A DNA stretch of 61,168 nucleotides, filler included. It is 6 parts of 6 records of this genome, joined end to end, with 100 filler letters (N's around TTAATTAATTAA, not from the genome) between each part and the next. Parts side by side here need not be neighbours in the genome. Positions count along the whole stretch, not along the records: positions 1 to 10,896 come from SRR2962707_2281; 5 more parts are not named here. One strand, given 5' to 3'. Shown in pieces: positions 1 to 9,808 of this stretch. The notes below the pieces were generated by a model that did no database searches, had not been told where the DNA came from, and saw only the letters and a list, made by a program, of their open reading frames with translations. A program made the position numbers and the translations under genes. Position 1 is the first letter of the stretch. Each line of letters starts with the position of its first letter.

Positions 1-928
1 CTATCGCAACTTCGTCACCAAGCTCTGGAATGCTGCGCGCTTCCTCGAAATGAACGAATGTGTGCGGGTTGAAGGGTTCGATCCGACGGCGCTTTCTGGC
101 GCGCTCAACCAGTGGATTGCCGGAGCGACGGCGCGGGCTGTGGCCGGTGTCGGGCGCTCGATCGTCGACTACAAGTTCAACGAGGCGGCCAATCAGGCCT
201 ATGATTTCGTGTGGGGCACATTCTGCGACTGGTTCGTGGAACTGGCCAAACCGACGTTCTCGGGCGCCGACGAAGCGGCGAAGGCCGAGACGCGGGCAAC
301 GGCAGCCTGGGCGCTGGACCAGATCCTTAAAATGCTGCATCCGTTCATGCCATTCGTGACCGAAGAGCTTTGGGCGGAAACCGGCAAGACCGGGCCCAGG
401 CGCGAGGGGCATCTGATGCTGGCCGATTGGCCGGCGCTCGATGCGATCTCCTACCCGCAAGCAGGCGCGGAACTCGGCTGGCTGATCGAAGTGATTTCGG
501 CCATCCGCTCGGTGCGTACCGAGATGAACGTGCCCGCCGGGGCGAAAGTCCCGCTGGTCGTGGTCGGCGCCAGCGCCGAGACGACGGCGCGGATCGAAAC
601 GCATCGCGCGGCTATTGAACGGCTGGCGCGGGTTTCGACCATCGATCCGGTGGACGCAATTCCGGCCAGCTCCGCGCAGTTCGTTGTGGGCGAGGCAAGC
701 TGGGGTCTGCCACTTGCCGACCTGATCGACATTGCCGCTGAACGCCAGCGCCTGTCCAAGGACGTCAAGAAGCTCGAAGGTGAAATCGGCGGGCTGGAAA
801 AGAAGCTCGGCAATGAGCAGTTTCTGGCCAAGGCGCCCGAAGAGGTCATCGAAGAGCAGAAGGAACGCCTCGGCGACGCAAAGGCGCGGCGAGAAAAACT
901 GCAGCAGGCGCTTGCCACATTGTCGTAA
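1..928 (+). CDS. valS: Valine--tRNA ligase, C-terminal part (5' truncated)
   Basis: Reads YRNFVTKLWNAARF, FCDWFVELAKP, LHPFMPFVTEELW and the C-terminal coiled coil with FLAKAPEEV; frame is open from the window start. Confidence 0.97.
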   Translation, partial: YRNFVTKLWNAARFLEMNECVRVEGFDPTALSGALNQWIAGATARAVAGVGRSIVDYKFNEAANQAYDFVWGTFCDWFVELAKPTFSGADEAAKAETRATAAWALDQILKMLHPFMPFVTEELWAETGKTGPRREGHLMLADWPALDAISYPQAGAELGWLIEVISAIRSVRTEMNVPAGAKVPLVVVGASAETTARIETHRAAIERLARVSTIDPVDAIPASSAQFVVGEASWGLPLADLIDIAAERQRLSKDVKKLEGEIGGLEKKLGNEQFLAKAPEEVIEEQKERLGDAKARREKLQQALATLS

Positions 929-1516
929 ACCGAGCGGGCGCTTCACGCGCTTGTGACAATTTTGCTACATTCCTTACAGACTCGTGATCGCGCCATGCGC
1001 GGTCACGCTTTGCTAAGGGACCATGCCACAATCTTACCCTAAACCAGCCGGAGAAAGGTTGGCGGCGGGTGGATATGGTTTTTGGTGCGCGGTATGGCGC
1101 ACCGAACCGTTGTGCCTGCCGACCGAAGCCCGATGCGAGGATCGTTTTCCCGCCAACGGGCATGGAGCAGGACAGAGATGGCAACCGGCGCGTCCCATTG
1201 CAGCGAATTGATCGACCTTGTGGCATGCAGCAATGTTGCCATCTTGGCGGCAGACAATCGCTCTAATGCCGACACAATGGGCCGGTATCGTATCCTCAAT
1301 CAAACATATGAACCGCCATTGGCGGGTTGGACATTCAAAGCCGTTTGGGCCCGCTGGGCCGGGCGGGAATTGGATGCCGAAACAACAAAAATCAACAGGG
1401 CGGCGGCGGACACACAATCTGCCGTTTGCAACAATACGGTGAAGTTTTCCGGTCCGGCAGCGGGCGCGCACGGTGTGGCGCGACAGTTGCGCGACTGGGG
1501 CGTGAGAAGGTGTGTA

Positions 1517-2326
1517 ATGCCTATAGTCAGGAGTACAGCGTTCGCTCTGGCTGCGACATGTTCGGCTCTTTTGTCCCTCGGCACTGTGCTGCCGGCGCAG
1601 GCGCAGAGCGCGCTCGATGCCGCCCAGGAACTGGCCCAGATGCTGGATGGCGTGACGGCGACCGAGCTGAGCGGCGACAATCTGGTGTCCGCCCTCGAGG
1701 GGGCGGCCGATGCCGGCCAGCCCATCGCGTTGTGGCAGCTCGGGACGATGTATGAAACCGGGGCGGGGGTTCAGAAGGACCCGGCCAAGGCCTTTCAGTA
1801 TTTTTCGCGCATCGCCAATGAGAATGCGGACGCGCCGCCGAGTTCGCTCGATGCGGATATCGTGGCGCAGTCCTTCGTCAAGATCGGCGATTATTACATG
1901 CATGGCGTGCCCGATGCGGGCATTCCCGAGGATGCCTCGCGCGGCCAGACGCTGTTAATGCATGCGGCGACCTATTTCGGCGATGCGGATGCGCAGTTCC
2001 GGGTGGGGATGCTCTATCTGAGCCCCGAAGGGTTCGGCGTGAACCCGTTGCAGGGCGCGCGCTGGCTATCGCTGGCGGCTCGCAAGGGGCATCCGGGCGC
2101 GCAGGCGCGGCTGGGCGAAATGCTGGTGCTGGGCAATGGCATCGAGGCGCAGCCCGTGGAAGGGCTTATGTGGCTCAATATCGCCTATCGGGCGGCGCTG
2201 GGGACCAGCGATGAAGGCTGGATACGGGAGCTGACCGAAAGCGCCATGGCGCATGCGGAGCCTGCACAAGCCGAGACGGCCCTGCGGGCGGCGGATACCT
2301 TGGGCAGCCAGTTCGCCGAATTTTAG
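1517..2326 (+). CDS. exoR: Periplasmic Sel1-repeat protein, ExoR-like
   Basis: ATG at 1517 after AGAAGG; signal peptide ending AQA; Sel1 repeats (ALWQLGTMYETGAGV, DAQFRVGMLY, AQARLGEML); 269 aa; next to xth as for rhizobial exoR. Confidence 0.75.
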   Translation: MPIVRSTAFALAATCSALLSLGTVLPAQAQSALDAAQELAQMLDGVTATELSGDNLVSALEGAADAGQPIALWQLGTMYETGAGVQKDPAKAFQYFSRIANENADAPPSSLDADIVAQSFVKIGDYYMHGVPDAGIPEDASRGQTLLMHAATYFGDADAQFRVGMLYLSPEGFGVNPLQGARWLSLAARKGHPGAQARLGEMLVLGNGIEAQPVEGLMWLNIAYRAALGTSDEGWIRELTESAMAHAEPAQAETALRAADTLGSQFAEF

Positions 2327-2537
2327 GTTGGGTGATGGCGGTCTGCAAATGGCAGTTTCCTGCGCTTACGGTGCTCACGTACCCAAATGTACGCTCCGCT
2401 CATAGCCCGCGAGCTTAGCTCGACGGGCGTTCTTCCCTACAGAAGGCCCACTGGACCTTCTGTGGCCGGTCAGAACTCTCAGAAACCACCATGTTCGCTA
2501 GTGCGGACCTTCGGTTCGACTCGCCCTGACCCAACCT
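2325..2537. repeat. Palindromic intergenic repeat (MITE/RPE-like), copy 1, with nested inserts
   Basis: Terminal inverted repeats AGGTTGGGTGA / TGACCCAACCT; core CTGCGCTTACGGTGCTCACGTAC-N-GTACGCTCCGCTC shared with 5690-5833. Confidence 0.8.
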
Positions 2538-2559
2538 CGCCGGACCGCTAATCCTAGAG

Positions 2560-3366
2560 CTACGCCGCTTTTGCCGAGAGGCCGGCGAGGGCGAAATCGC
2601 CTTCGACGGGGACGTGGTCGGAGGGCTTGTCCCAGCCGCGGGTATCCTTGTGGATGGTGACGCCTTTGAGGCGGTCGGCGGCCTGGGGGGAAAGCAGCAA
2701 ATGGTCGATGCGGATGCCGGCGTTGCGGCGCCAGGCGCCGGCCTGAAAATCCCAGAAGGTGAAGGCCTGATCGCCGGTTGTGGCGCGCAGGGCATCGGTT
2801 AGACCCAGATTGACCAGACGGCGCCATTTTTCCAGACTCTCGGGCCGGAACAACGCATCACCCCACCAGACCGAGGGATCGTGGCAATCAAAGCCGGTAG
2901 GAATGAGGTTGAAATCGCCCATCAGGACGAAGGGTTCCTCATGGGCCAGCCGCTGCTCGACGAAATCGTGGAGCCTGTCCATCCAGCCCAGCTTGTAGGG
3001 AAATTTCTCGCTGTCGACGGGGTTTCCGTTCGGCAGGTAGATGTTGCAAACGCGGACAACACCGCCGTCCTCGGTGGAAAAGACTCCCTCGATCAGGCGC
3101 GATTGTGGGTCCTCGTCATTTCCCGGAAGGCCGCGATGGACTTCATCGAACGGGAGTTTTGAGAGCAGGGCGACGCCATTGAAGCTCTTCTGGCCGTGGG
3201 TTTCGACGTTATAGCCGCGCGATTCGAACTCGGCGCGGGGAAAGTTCTCGTCGAGGCATTTGATTTCCTGGAGGCCGACGATGTCGGGCTTGGTTTCGTC
3301 GAGCCAGGTGAGGATCGCCGGGAGGCGCGCATTGATGCCGTTGATGTTCCAGGTTGCTATGCGCAT
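2560..3366 (-). CDS. xth: Exodeoxyribonuclease III
   Basis: MRIATWNINGI, LQEIK, YLPNG, GDFN, RIDHLL, SDHVPV motifs. Confidence 0.96.
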   Translation of the reverse strand: MRIATWNINGINARLPAILTWLDETKPDIVGLQEIKCLDENFPRAEFESRGYNVETHGQKSFNGVALLSKLPFDEVHRGLPGNDEDPQSRLIEGVFSTEDGGVVRVCNIYLPNGNPVDSEKFPYKLGWMDRLHDFVEQRLAHEEPFVLMGDFNLIPTGFDCHDPSVWWGDALFRPESLEKWRRLVNLGLTDALRATTGDQAFTFWDFQAGAWRRNAGIRIDHLLLSPQAADRLKGVTIHKDTRGWDKPSDHVPVEGDFALAGLSAKAA

Positions 3367-3386
3367 CGGGCCGTCTCGTTTGTTGG

Positions 3387-3998
3387 TCAGCGATCGGAAA
3401 GGGCGAGGCGCATGCCGAGCAGGCCAAAAGTGCCCGCAAAGCTGCGCCGAATCCATTTGAGCACGTCGGGCCGGGAGATGACATAGTCACGCGCCAACGC
3501 AGCGCAGGCTCCATACCCCACAAATGTCACGAAGGTTATCGCCATGAACACCGCGGCATGCAAGGCCAGTGTTGGGGTTGCATTGGGCGTGTCGAGGGGG
3601 ACGAACTGGGGCAGGAAGGCCAGAAAGAACAGGCTGAGCTTGGGATTGAGAACGTTGAGGAGGGCGCCGCTGGTGGCAACTTTGGTCATCGAGGCGGGCG
3701 AGCGGTCGGCTTCGAGCCCCATTGCGCCGCCGGTGCGCAGAATCGACCAGGCCATATAGAGCAGATAGGCGACGCCGACATATTTGAGAAGCTGGAAGGC
3801 CAGCGCACTGGCGTGGAAGATGGCGGCCAGCCCGACAATCGAGGCAAAGGCCGAGGGGATAATGCCCAGCGTGCAGCCGAGTGCGGCGGCGATGGAGGCT
3901 CTAAAGCCGCGGCCAAGGCCCACGGCGAGCGTATAGAGCACCCCCGAGCCGGGGAGCAGGCAGACAATCAATGCCGTGATCAGAAATTCGGTGCTCAT
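3387..3998 (-). CDS. LysE/RhtB family translocator
   Basis: PGSG N-terminal motif, LNPK motif, about 6 hydrophobic helices, 203 aa. Confidence 0.9.
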   Translation of the reverse strand: MSTEFLITALIVCLLPGSGVLYTLAVGLGRGFRASIAAALGCTLGIIPSAFASIVGLAAIFHASALAFQLLKYVGVAYLLYMAWSILRTGGAMGLEADRSPASMTKVATSGALLNVLNPKLSLFFLAFLPQFVPLDTPNATPTLALHAAVFMAITFVTFVGYGACAALARDYVISRPDVLKWIRRSFAGTFGLLGMRLALSDR

Positions 3999-4075
3999 CG
4001 CCGTGCCTCCGCGCGTATGTTCGGGCGGAGGTAAGCATTATCGCGAGGGTAAGGCGACCCGAAAAATGCGGAAGA

Positions 4076-4426
4076 TCAGACTGCGAAGCTGGTTCCGCAG
4101 CCGCAGGAGGCGACGGCGTTGGGGTTTTTGATCTGGAAGGACTGGCCGATCAGATCGTCAACGAAGTCGATTTCCGCGCCGCCCATGAATTCGAGGCTCA
4201 TCGAATCAATGTAAACGGTGGCGCCGTCACGGGTGAGGACGAGATCGTCGTCGGTTGGGTCTTCCCTGACGATGTTATATTCGTACTGGAAACCCGAGCA
4301 CCCGCCGCCCGCCACAGCGATGCGCAGAACGGTGCCAGCCTCTTCCTTTGACAGGATGCGGTTGATCCGCTTGGCGGCGCGCTCTGTCAAAATGACTTCG
4401 TTTGGTGATAGTTCAATGTCGGTCAT
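4076..4426 (-). CDS. erpA: Fe-S cluster insertion protein ErpA (HesB/IscA family)
   Basis: GGGCSGFQY and C-terminal CGCGTSF; ATG at 4426. Confidence 0.93.
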   Translation of the reverse strand: MTDIELSPNEVILTERAAKRINRILSKEEAGTVLRIAVAGGGCSGFQYEYNIVREDPTDDDLVLTRDGATVYIDSMSLEFMGGAEIDFVDDLIGQSFQIKNPNAVASCGCGTSFAV

Positions 4427-4501
4427 GGCGCTGCTGCTTTGATTACAAATTCGGCCTCCAACATAAGATCGTAGGGCGACGATGAAAAGGGGCACTCCCA
4501 C

Positions 4502-5683
4502 ATGAGTGATATGCATGCGGTTTATGCCGCCGACCCGGCGCGGTCGCGGGGGCGGGTTTATCGGCCCTCGGCCAGCCCGACGCGCAACGAATTCCAGCGG
4601 GACAGGGACCGGATTATCCATTCGACGGCATTTCGGCGCTTGCAGCACAAGACGCAGGTTTTCCTCCATCACGAGGGCCAGCATTTCAGAACCCGGCTGA
4701 CCCATACGCTCGAAGTGAGCCAGATTGCCCGGTCGATTGCCCGCGCCTTGCGGCTCAACGAGGATCTGGCCGAGGCCGTGGCGCTGTCGCACGATCTCGG
4801 GCACACCCCGTTCGGGCATGCCGGCGAGCGGGTGCTGGCCGAGAAAATGGCCGAGCTTGGCGGGTTCGATCACAATGTGCAGGCGCTACGCGTGGTGGGT
4901 GTGCTGGAGAACCGGTATGCGGAGCATGACGGGCTGAACCTGACATGGGAAACGCTCGAGGGCATTTTAAAGCACAACGGTCCGGTGATCGGCGGTGCAT
5001 CCGAGCATGGCCAGGACATTGAAGCGGCGCTCGCTGAAATTCCGGCGTGTGAGGATTTGCTGCCCGGAACCTACGCCAACCTCGAAGCGCAAGTGGCGGC
5101 GATTGCCGATGACATCGCCTATAACGCCCATGATATCGACGATGCGGTGCGGGCCGGGCTGGTGGTGATCGGCGATCTTGTCGATGTGCCGCTGGTGGGC
5201 CCGATCGCGCGGGAAGTGATCGATATGTGGCCGGGACTGGAACGTGGAAGGCAGATCCACGAGGTTCAGCGGCGGCTGATTACCCGGACAATCGAGGCGG
5301 TGATTGCCGAAAGCGCCGAACGGCTGATCGCGACAGATCCGAAAAGTGCCGATGACGTGCGGTATTCAGGTCGGGCGCTGGTCGGGTTTCCCACCGAGAT
5401 GGCGGCCGATGAGGCCGAACTCAAGGCGTTCCTGTTTGCCAAGGTCTATCGCGACGCCCGCGTCATGGGACCGGTGCGCGAGAGCCAGGCCGTGGTGGGC
5501 AGGCTGTTCGATGCCTATATCGCGGAGGGCGACATGCCCGGGCGATGGGGGCTGGCTTACAGCGCCGCGTCATCCGACCCGGCGAAGGCGCGAATTGTTT
5601 GCGATTTCGTCGCGGGCATGACTGACCCATTCGCGCTCGAAGAGCACAAGCGCTTGTTTGACGAAAGACCGGAATTCCGTTAA
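4502..5683 (+). CDS. dgt: Deoxyguanosinetriphosphate triphosphohydrolase-like protein
   Basis: FQRDRDRIIHS, KTQVF, RTRLTH, HDLGHTPFGH (HD), DDIAY, AGMTD. Confidence 0.95.
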   Translation: MSDMHAVYAADPARSRGRVYRPSASPTRNEFQRDRDRIIHSTAFRRLQHKTQVFLHHEGQHFRTRLTHTLEVSQIARSIARALRLNEDLAEAVALSHDLGHTPFGHAGERVLAEKMAELGGFDHNVQALRVVGVLENRYAEHDGLNLTWETLEGILKHNGPVIGGASEHGQDIEAALAEIPACEDLLPGTYANLEAQVAAIADDIAYNAHDIDDAVRAGLVVIGDLVDVPLVGPIAREVIDMWPGLERGRQIHEVQRRLITRTIEAVIAESAERLIATDPKSADDVRYSGRALVGFPTEMAADEAELKAFLFAKVYRDARVMGPVRESQAVVGRLFDAYIAEGDMPGRWGLAYSAASSDPAKARIVCDFVAGMTDPFALEEHKRLFDERPEFR

Positions 5684-5689
5684 CCCGCC

Positions 5690-5833
5690 CCGGCATGCCG
5701 ATATTGGCGTGAAGACGGGCTGCAAACCCCGGCTTTCTGCGCTTCCGGTGCTCACGTACTGTCTGTACGCTCCGCTCCGGTTCTCGAAAGCCAATGTTTT
5801 CGCCTCGCCTTGACACCAATCTCGACATGCCGG
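5690..5833. repeat. Palindromic intergenic repeat (MITE/RPE-like), copy 2
   Basis: 28-bp imperfect terminal inverted repeats CCGGCATGCCGATATTGGCGTGAAGACG / CGCCTTGACACCAATCTCGACATGCCGG; core CTGCGCTTCCGGTGCTCACGTACTGTCTGTACGCTCCGCTCCGGTTCTCG. Confidence 0.85.
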
Positions 5834-5862
5834 TCTCAAGTCCCAATCATAGGTTCGTTTCC

Positions 5863-7614
5863 ATGGATGTGTTTGCCCTTTTTGAAGGGCGCGTCACCGA
5901 TGCGCTGATCGCGAGTTTCCCCGAGCTGGCTGACAATCGAGAGTTGTTGGGCCGCGTCGTTGTGGAGCCGCCGCGCGATGCCGCCCATGGGGACCTTTCG
6001 ACCAATGCGGCGATGGTGGTGGCCAAGCCGTTGGGCAAGAACCCCCGCGAGGTCGCGACAGCGATTTCCGAGCGGTTTTCTGGCGATGCCGATGTGGCTT
6101 CGGTCGAGATCGCCGGGCCGGGGTTCATCAATTTCCGCCTTCAGCAGAGCGTCTGGCACAAGGTTTTGTCCTCGATTGCCGAATTGGGCGATGATTTCGG
6201 GCGGGCCGACGTGGGGCAGGGCGAGAAGGTCAATGTCGAATATGTTTCGGCCAACCCGACCGGCCCGATGCATGTGGGGCATACGCGGGGCGCCGTCTAT
6301 GGGGATGCGCTGGCGTCGCTCCTCGCCTATGCGGGCTATGATGTTTCCAAAGAGTATTACATCAACGATGCCGGCTCGCAGGTCGATACGCTGGCCCGGT
6401 CGGCCTTTCTGCGCTACCGCGAGGCACTGGGCGAGACGATAGAAATCCCGGCCGGGTTCTATCCGGGGGACTATCTGATCCCGGTGGGGCAGGCGCTGGT
6501 GGAGGAGTTCGGCAATTCACTGCTCGACAAGCCCGAAGCCGCATGGCTGGCGCCGGTCAAGCAGCATGTGCTGGCCGCGATGATGGAATTGATCAAGGCG
6601 GATCTGAAAAAACTCAACATCGAGCACGACGTTTTCTTTTCCGAAAAGACGCTGCACGGGCAGGGTGGAGATATTGACCTGACGCTCGATTGGCTGCGTG
6701 AGCAGGGGCTGGTCTATGAGGGCCGGCTGGAGCCGCCGAAGGGCAAATTGCCCGACGATTGGGAAGACCGCGAGCAGACGCTGTTCCGCGCTACAGAGTT
6801 CGGCGACGACGTCGACCGGGCCCTGATCAAGTCGGACGGAAGCTACACGTACTTTGCCGCCGATATCGCCTATCACCGCAACAAGGTGTTGCGGGGCTTT
6901 ACGACGCTGATCGACGTGCTGGGCGCCGATCATGCGGGCTATGCCACGCGTATTCAGGCGGCGGTGAAGGCGGTTTCGGGCGGCAAGGCGTCGGCTGACG
7001 TGCGGTTCTGCCAGCTGGTCAAGCTGTTGCGGAACGGTGAGCCCGTAAAAATGAGCAAGCGTTCCGGTGACTTGGTGACACTTGCTGATGTTGTGGAAGA
7101 AGTTGGCGTGGACGCAACCCGCTTCATGCTGCTGTTCCGGCGCAACGACGCGCCGCTCGATTTCGACTTTGCGCTGGTCAAGGAGCAGAGCAAGGACAAT
7201 CCGGTGTTCTACGTCCAGTACGCCTATGCACGGACGTTCTCGATCTTCCGCAATGCGGCGCGCGACCTGCCCGATCTTGTTACGACTGAGGCGGCGCTGG
7301 CCGGGGCCGACCTGTCGCTGCTTTCCACTTCTGACGAAATCGAGTTGATCCGGTTGCTCGGATCGTGGCCGCGGCAGGTTGCGGCGGCGGCGCGGGCGCA
7401 CGAGCCGCATAGACTTGCGTTTTACTTGCATGAGCTTGCCGCGCAGTTCCACGCCTTCTGGGGCAAAGGCAAGGAAGATCCCAGCTTACGCTTTGTTAAC
7501 GACGATGACCCGAAACTGACCTTGGCTCGACTCGCGCTTGTGGATGGCGTGCGTCGTGTTCTCGGCAACGGCCTTGATCTTCTAGGCGTGAGTGCGCCGC
7601 AAGAGCTTTCATAA
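5863..7614 (+). CDS. argS: Arginine--tRNA ligase
   Basis: [16 protein letters not shown] (HIGH-like), [13 protein letters not shown]. Confidence 0.97.
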   Translation: MDVFALFEGRVTDALIASFPELADNRELLGRVVVEPPRDAAHGDLSTNAAMVVAKPLGKNPREVATAISERFSGDADVASVEIAGPGFINFRLQQSVWHKVLSSIAELGDDFGRADVGQGEKVNVEYVSANPTGPMHVGHTRGAVYGDALASLLAYAGYDVSKEYYINDAGSQVDTLARSAFLRYREALGETIEIPAGFYPGDYLIPVGQALVEEFGNSLLDKPEAAWLAPVKQHVLAAMMELIKADLKKLNIEHDVFFSEKTLHGQGGDIDLTLDWLREQGLVYEGRLEPPKGKLPDDWEDREQTLFRATEFGDDVDRALIKSDGSYTYFAADIAYHRNKVLRGFTTLIDVLGADHAGYATRIQAAVKAVSGGKASADVRFCQLVKLLRNGEPVKMSKRSGDLVTLADVVEEVGVDATRFMLLFRRNDAPLDFDFALVKEQSKDNPVFYVQYAYARTFSIFRNAARDLPDLVTTEAALAGADLSLLSTSDEIELIRLLGSWPRQVAAAARAHEPHRLAFYLHELAAQFHAFWGKGKEDPSLRFVNDDDPKLTLARLALVDGVRRVLGNGLDLLGVSAPQELS

Positions 7615-7699
7615 TTACGGCGCATTGCTGTGAACAGTTCTGTGGACATGCTCGCAATCAAGGGCAAGTTAAAGCGAAAGACTTTCGGGGCACTGCTCT

Positions 7700-9727
7700 A
7701 TGAACGACACCAAGCACAACCCGGCGAACGCGGGGCAGGATTCCGATGATCTGATCGCGGAACTGGCGCGGCTTGTTGCGCAGGATGCCCGCACGGCTGC
7801 TGCGCCCGCCAGCGCCTACCAGCCCGTCGAGCCTCAGGTTTCAGCTCAGGATGAGCCGGTGCAGCCTGCGGAGGATGATTTTTTCGAAGCCGATCCGGGT
7901 TTCGGGGCGCCGCAGGATTTTGCCGCACAGGATGAAAACCAGGCCGAACGTGTCGAACCGTCGCCGGACTCCGGTCAGAGCGATACGATGCCGGCCTTCG
8001 ATTTCGGGTTCGGAACCGCCCATCAGGTCAGCGTGGACGATCAGCAGACGTCCGGTGACCCAATTGCCAATCTGATCGCGGATGCGGAAGTCGAGACTTA
8101 CGAAAGCGATTCTTCCCAGGACCAAGATTGGGGCAATCACGATGCTCCGCTTCCTGCCGAGCCTGAGCCGGCCCCTTCATATGCCGACTATGGGCGTCGT
8201 GATGACGAATTTTCCGATGCCGCGCAGGTAACATCTGCGGACCGCGATCCGCTTGGCGACATTGAAGCGTTGATCGGTGAGGCGGCGCGCGCCAATTCAG
8301 GCGATGCCGGACTGCCCGCCGGGCGACGGGTGAAATCGAGCTTTCTTGATGGCGTTGAAACCGATGCCGCAGTGGATGCAGCGGAATCGGCCATTCTGGC
8401 CGCCGCTGCTGCCACCGGATCTTCCGTGCGGCGTGTTGAGCCGGCAAATGATCCCGAAGACTGGCTTGTGGCGCCGGCGCCCGCGCCACGGCAAGCCGAG
8501 GAGCGGCCAGAACCCACATTCGAGCCGCAGCCGAGCCAGGAACGCTTCATTCCCGATCCGTTGTTGACTTCGCCTGCGACGCCGCAGCCCGAACCGGCAG
8601 CGGAAACGGCATCCGAATACGCCGACGACGATTATGCCGAAGAGGCCTATGCCGAGGAGCAGGTCGCGCCGCGCCGCTCGCGCCGTGGGCTTGGCGGCTT
8701 TATCTTTCCAATTGCCGCCGGGGCAGTGATCTTCGCGCTGATCGGCGGGGTCTATTTTGCTTTCTTTTCGGGTCCCGGCGATCCGGGCGAGGCGCCGGTG
8801 CTGACGGCCGATGCCCAGCCGCTCAAGGAAGACGCTCCGCCCTCGCGGACCGAATCGGCGGCAAGCGACTCCGTGGTCTTCAGCGAGATCGAAGGCAACA
8901 GCACGTCGCCGGAAGACGAGGCGCTGGTGTCGCGCGACCAGACCAATGGCGCAAGCGGCGCGCAGGTCGCCGAGGTGCTGGCGCCCGAGGAAGGCGAAAC
9001 CGCTTTGGCCAATCGCCCGGTGCGTACGGTGACGGTGCGGCCCGACGGCACGATCGTTCAGGCGACCGATAGCGTTGCCGGTTCGAACGTTCTTCCTGTC
9101 GAACGACCCGATGTGCCGGCCGTTCCCAACAGCACTCTGACCTCCGATCCGATCGGGGAGGCGATTGCGCAGGCTATCGCCGGAAGTGAAACCGCCGAGG
9201 CTGCTGCCGGAACCGAGGTTGCCGCGGCAGATGCCAGCGAAGCCGTTCTGGGTGCTGGTGTGGCCGAGACGACAGAGGGCAACGAGGCGGCCGCGACTAC
9301 GCCCGCTGAAGTTGCCGACGCACCGCGTCCAATCCCGCGCCCTGCCGGGCTGACAACCCAGACCACTGCGGCGACTACGCCTGCTGCCGCGAGCGCAGCT
9401 CCGACCATCGAGACCGTGGCGGCTGCCACGCCCGCGCAAACGACTCCCGCGCCCGCCGCTGCGCCGACGCCCGCGTCCAATGTTGGCGCATGGGTGCAAT
9501 TGTCCTCGCAGCGCAGCGAAGCGGATGCGCAGGCCGATATTCCCTCGTTGCAGTCGCGCTATGGCACGCTGTTCAACGGCGCAACGCCAGAGGTCAGCCA
9601 GGTCGATCTGGGTGAGCGCGGTATCTATTATCGTGTGCGACTGCCGCAGCCCACGTTCGCGCAGGCCAATTCGGTGTGTTCTGCCATTCAGGGCCAAGGC
9701 GGCGACTGTTTCGTGCTGAACAACTAG
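7700..9727 (+). CDS. SPOR domain cell-division protein
   Basis: N-terminal DDLIAELARLV, acidic disordered region, one TM helix, RPVRTVTVRPDG, C-terminal SPOR (VQLSSQRSEA...YYRVR...C...C). Confidence 0.88.
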   Translation: MNDTKHNPANAGQDSDDLIAELARLVAQDARTAAAPASAYQPVEPQVSAQDEPVQPAEDDFFEADPGFGAPQDFAAQDENQAERVEPSPDSGQSDTMPAFDFGFGTAHQVSVDDQQTSGDPIANLIADAEVETYESDSSQDQDWGNHDAPLPAEPEPAPSYADYGRRDDEFSDAAQVTSADRDPLGDIEALIGEAARANSGDAGLPAGRRVKSSFLDGVETDAAVDAAESAILAAAAATGSSVRRVEPANDPEDWLVAPAPAPRQAEERPEPTFEPQPSQERFIPDPLLTSPATPQPEPAAETASEYADDDYAEEAYAEEQVAPRRSRRGLGGFIFPIAAGAVIFALIGGVYFAFFSGPGDPGEAPVLTADAQPLKEDAPPSRTESAASDSVVFSEIEGNSTSPEDEALVSRDQTNGASGAQVAEVLAPEEGETALANRPVRTVTVRPDGTIVQATDSVAGSNVLPVERPDVPAVPNSTLTSDPIGEAIAQAIAGSETAEAAAGTEVAAADASEAVLGAGVAETTEGNEAAATTPAEVADAPRPIPRPAGLTTQTTAATTPAAASAAPTIETVAAATPAQTTPAPAAAPTPASNVGAWVQLSSQRSEADAQADIPSLQSRYGTLFNGATPEVSQVDLGERGIYYRVRLPQPTFAQANSVCSAIQGQGGDCFVLNN

Positions 9728-9808
9728 GCTTCAACGGTTCTCACGGCTTGACTGGTTTGAGGGGAGTGGCAATGCTGCTCCCCTCTTTTGCTTTGCCAGC
9801 GGCGGGAT

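Noticed and set aside
1082-1516. N-terminal extensions in the ORF track (exoR from 1082, erpA from 4873, phoX from 37344, M23 from 57138, argS from 5794)
   Set aside because: Downstream ATGs fit the family N-termini, RBSs or signal peptides better; the extensions overlap other genes, repeats or regulatory sites.
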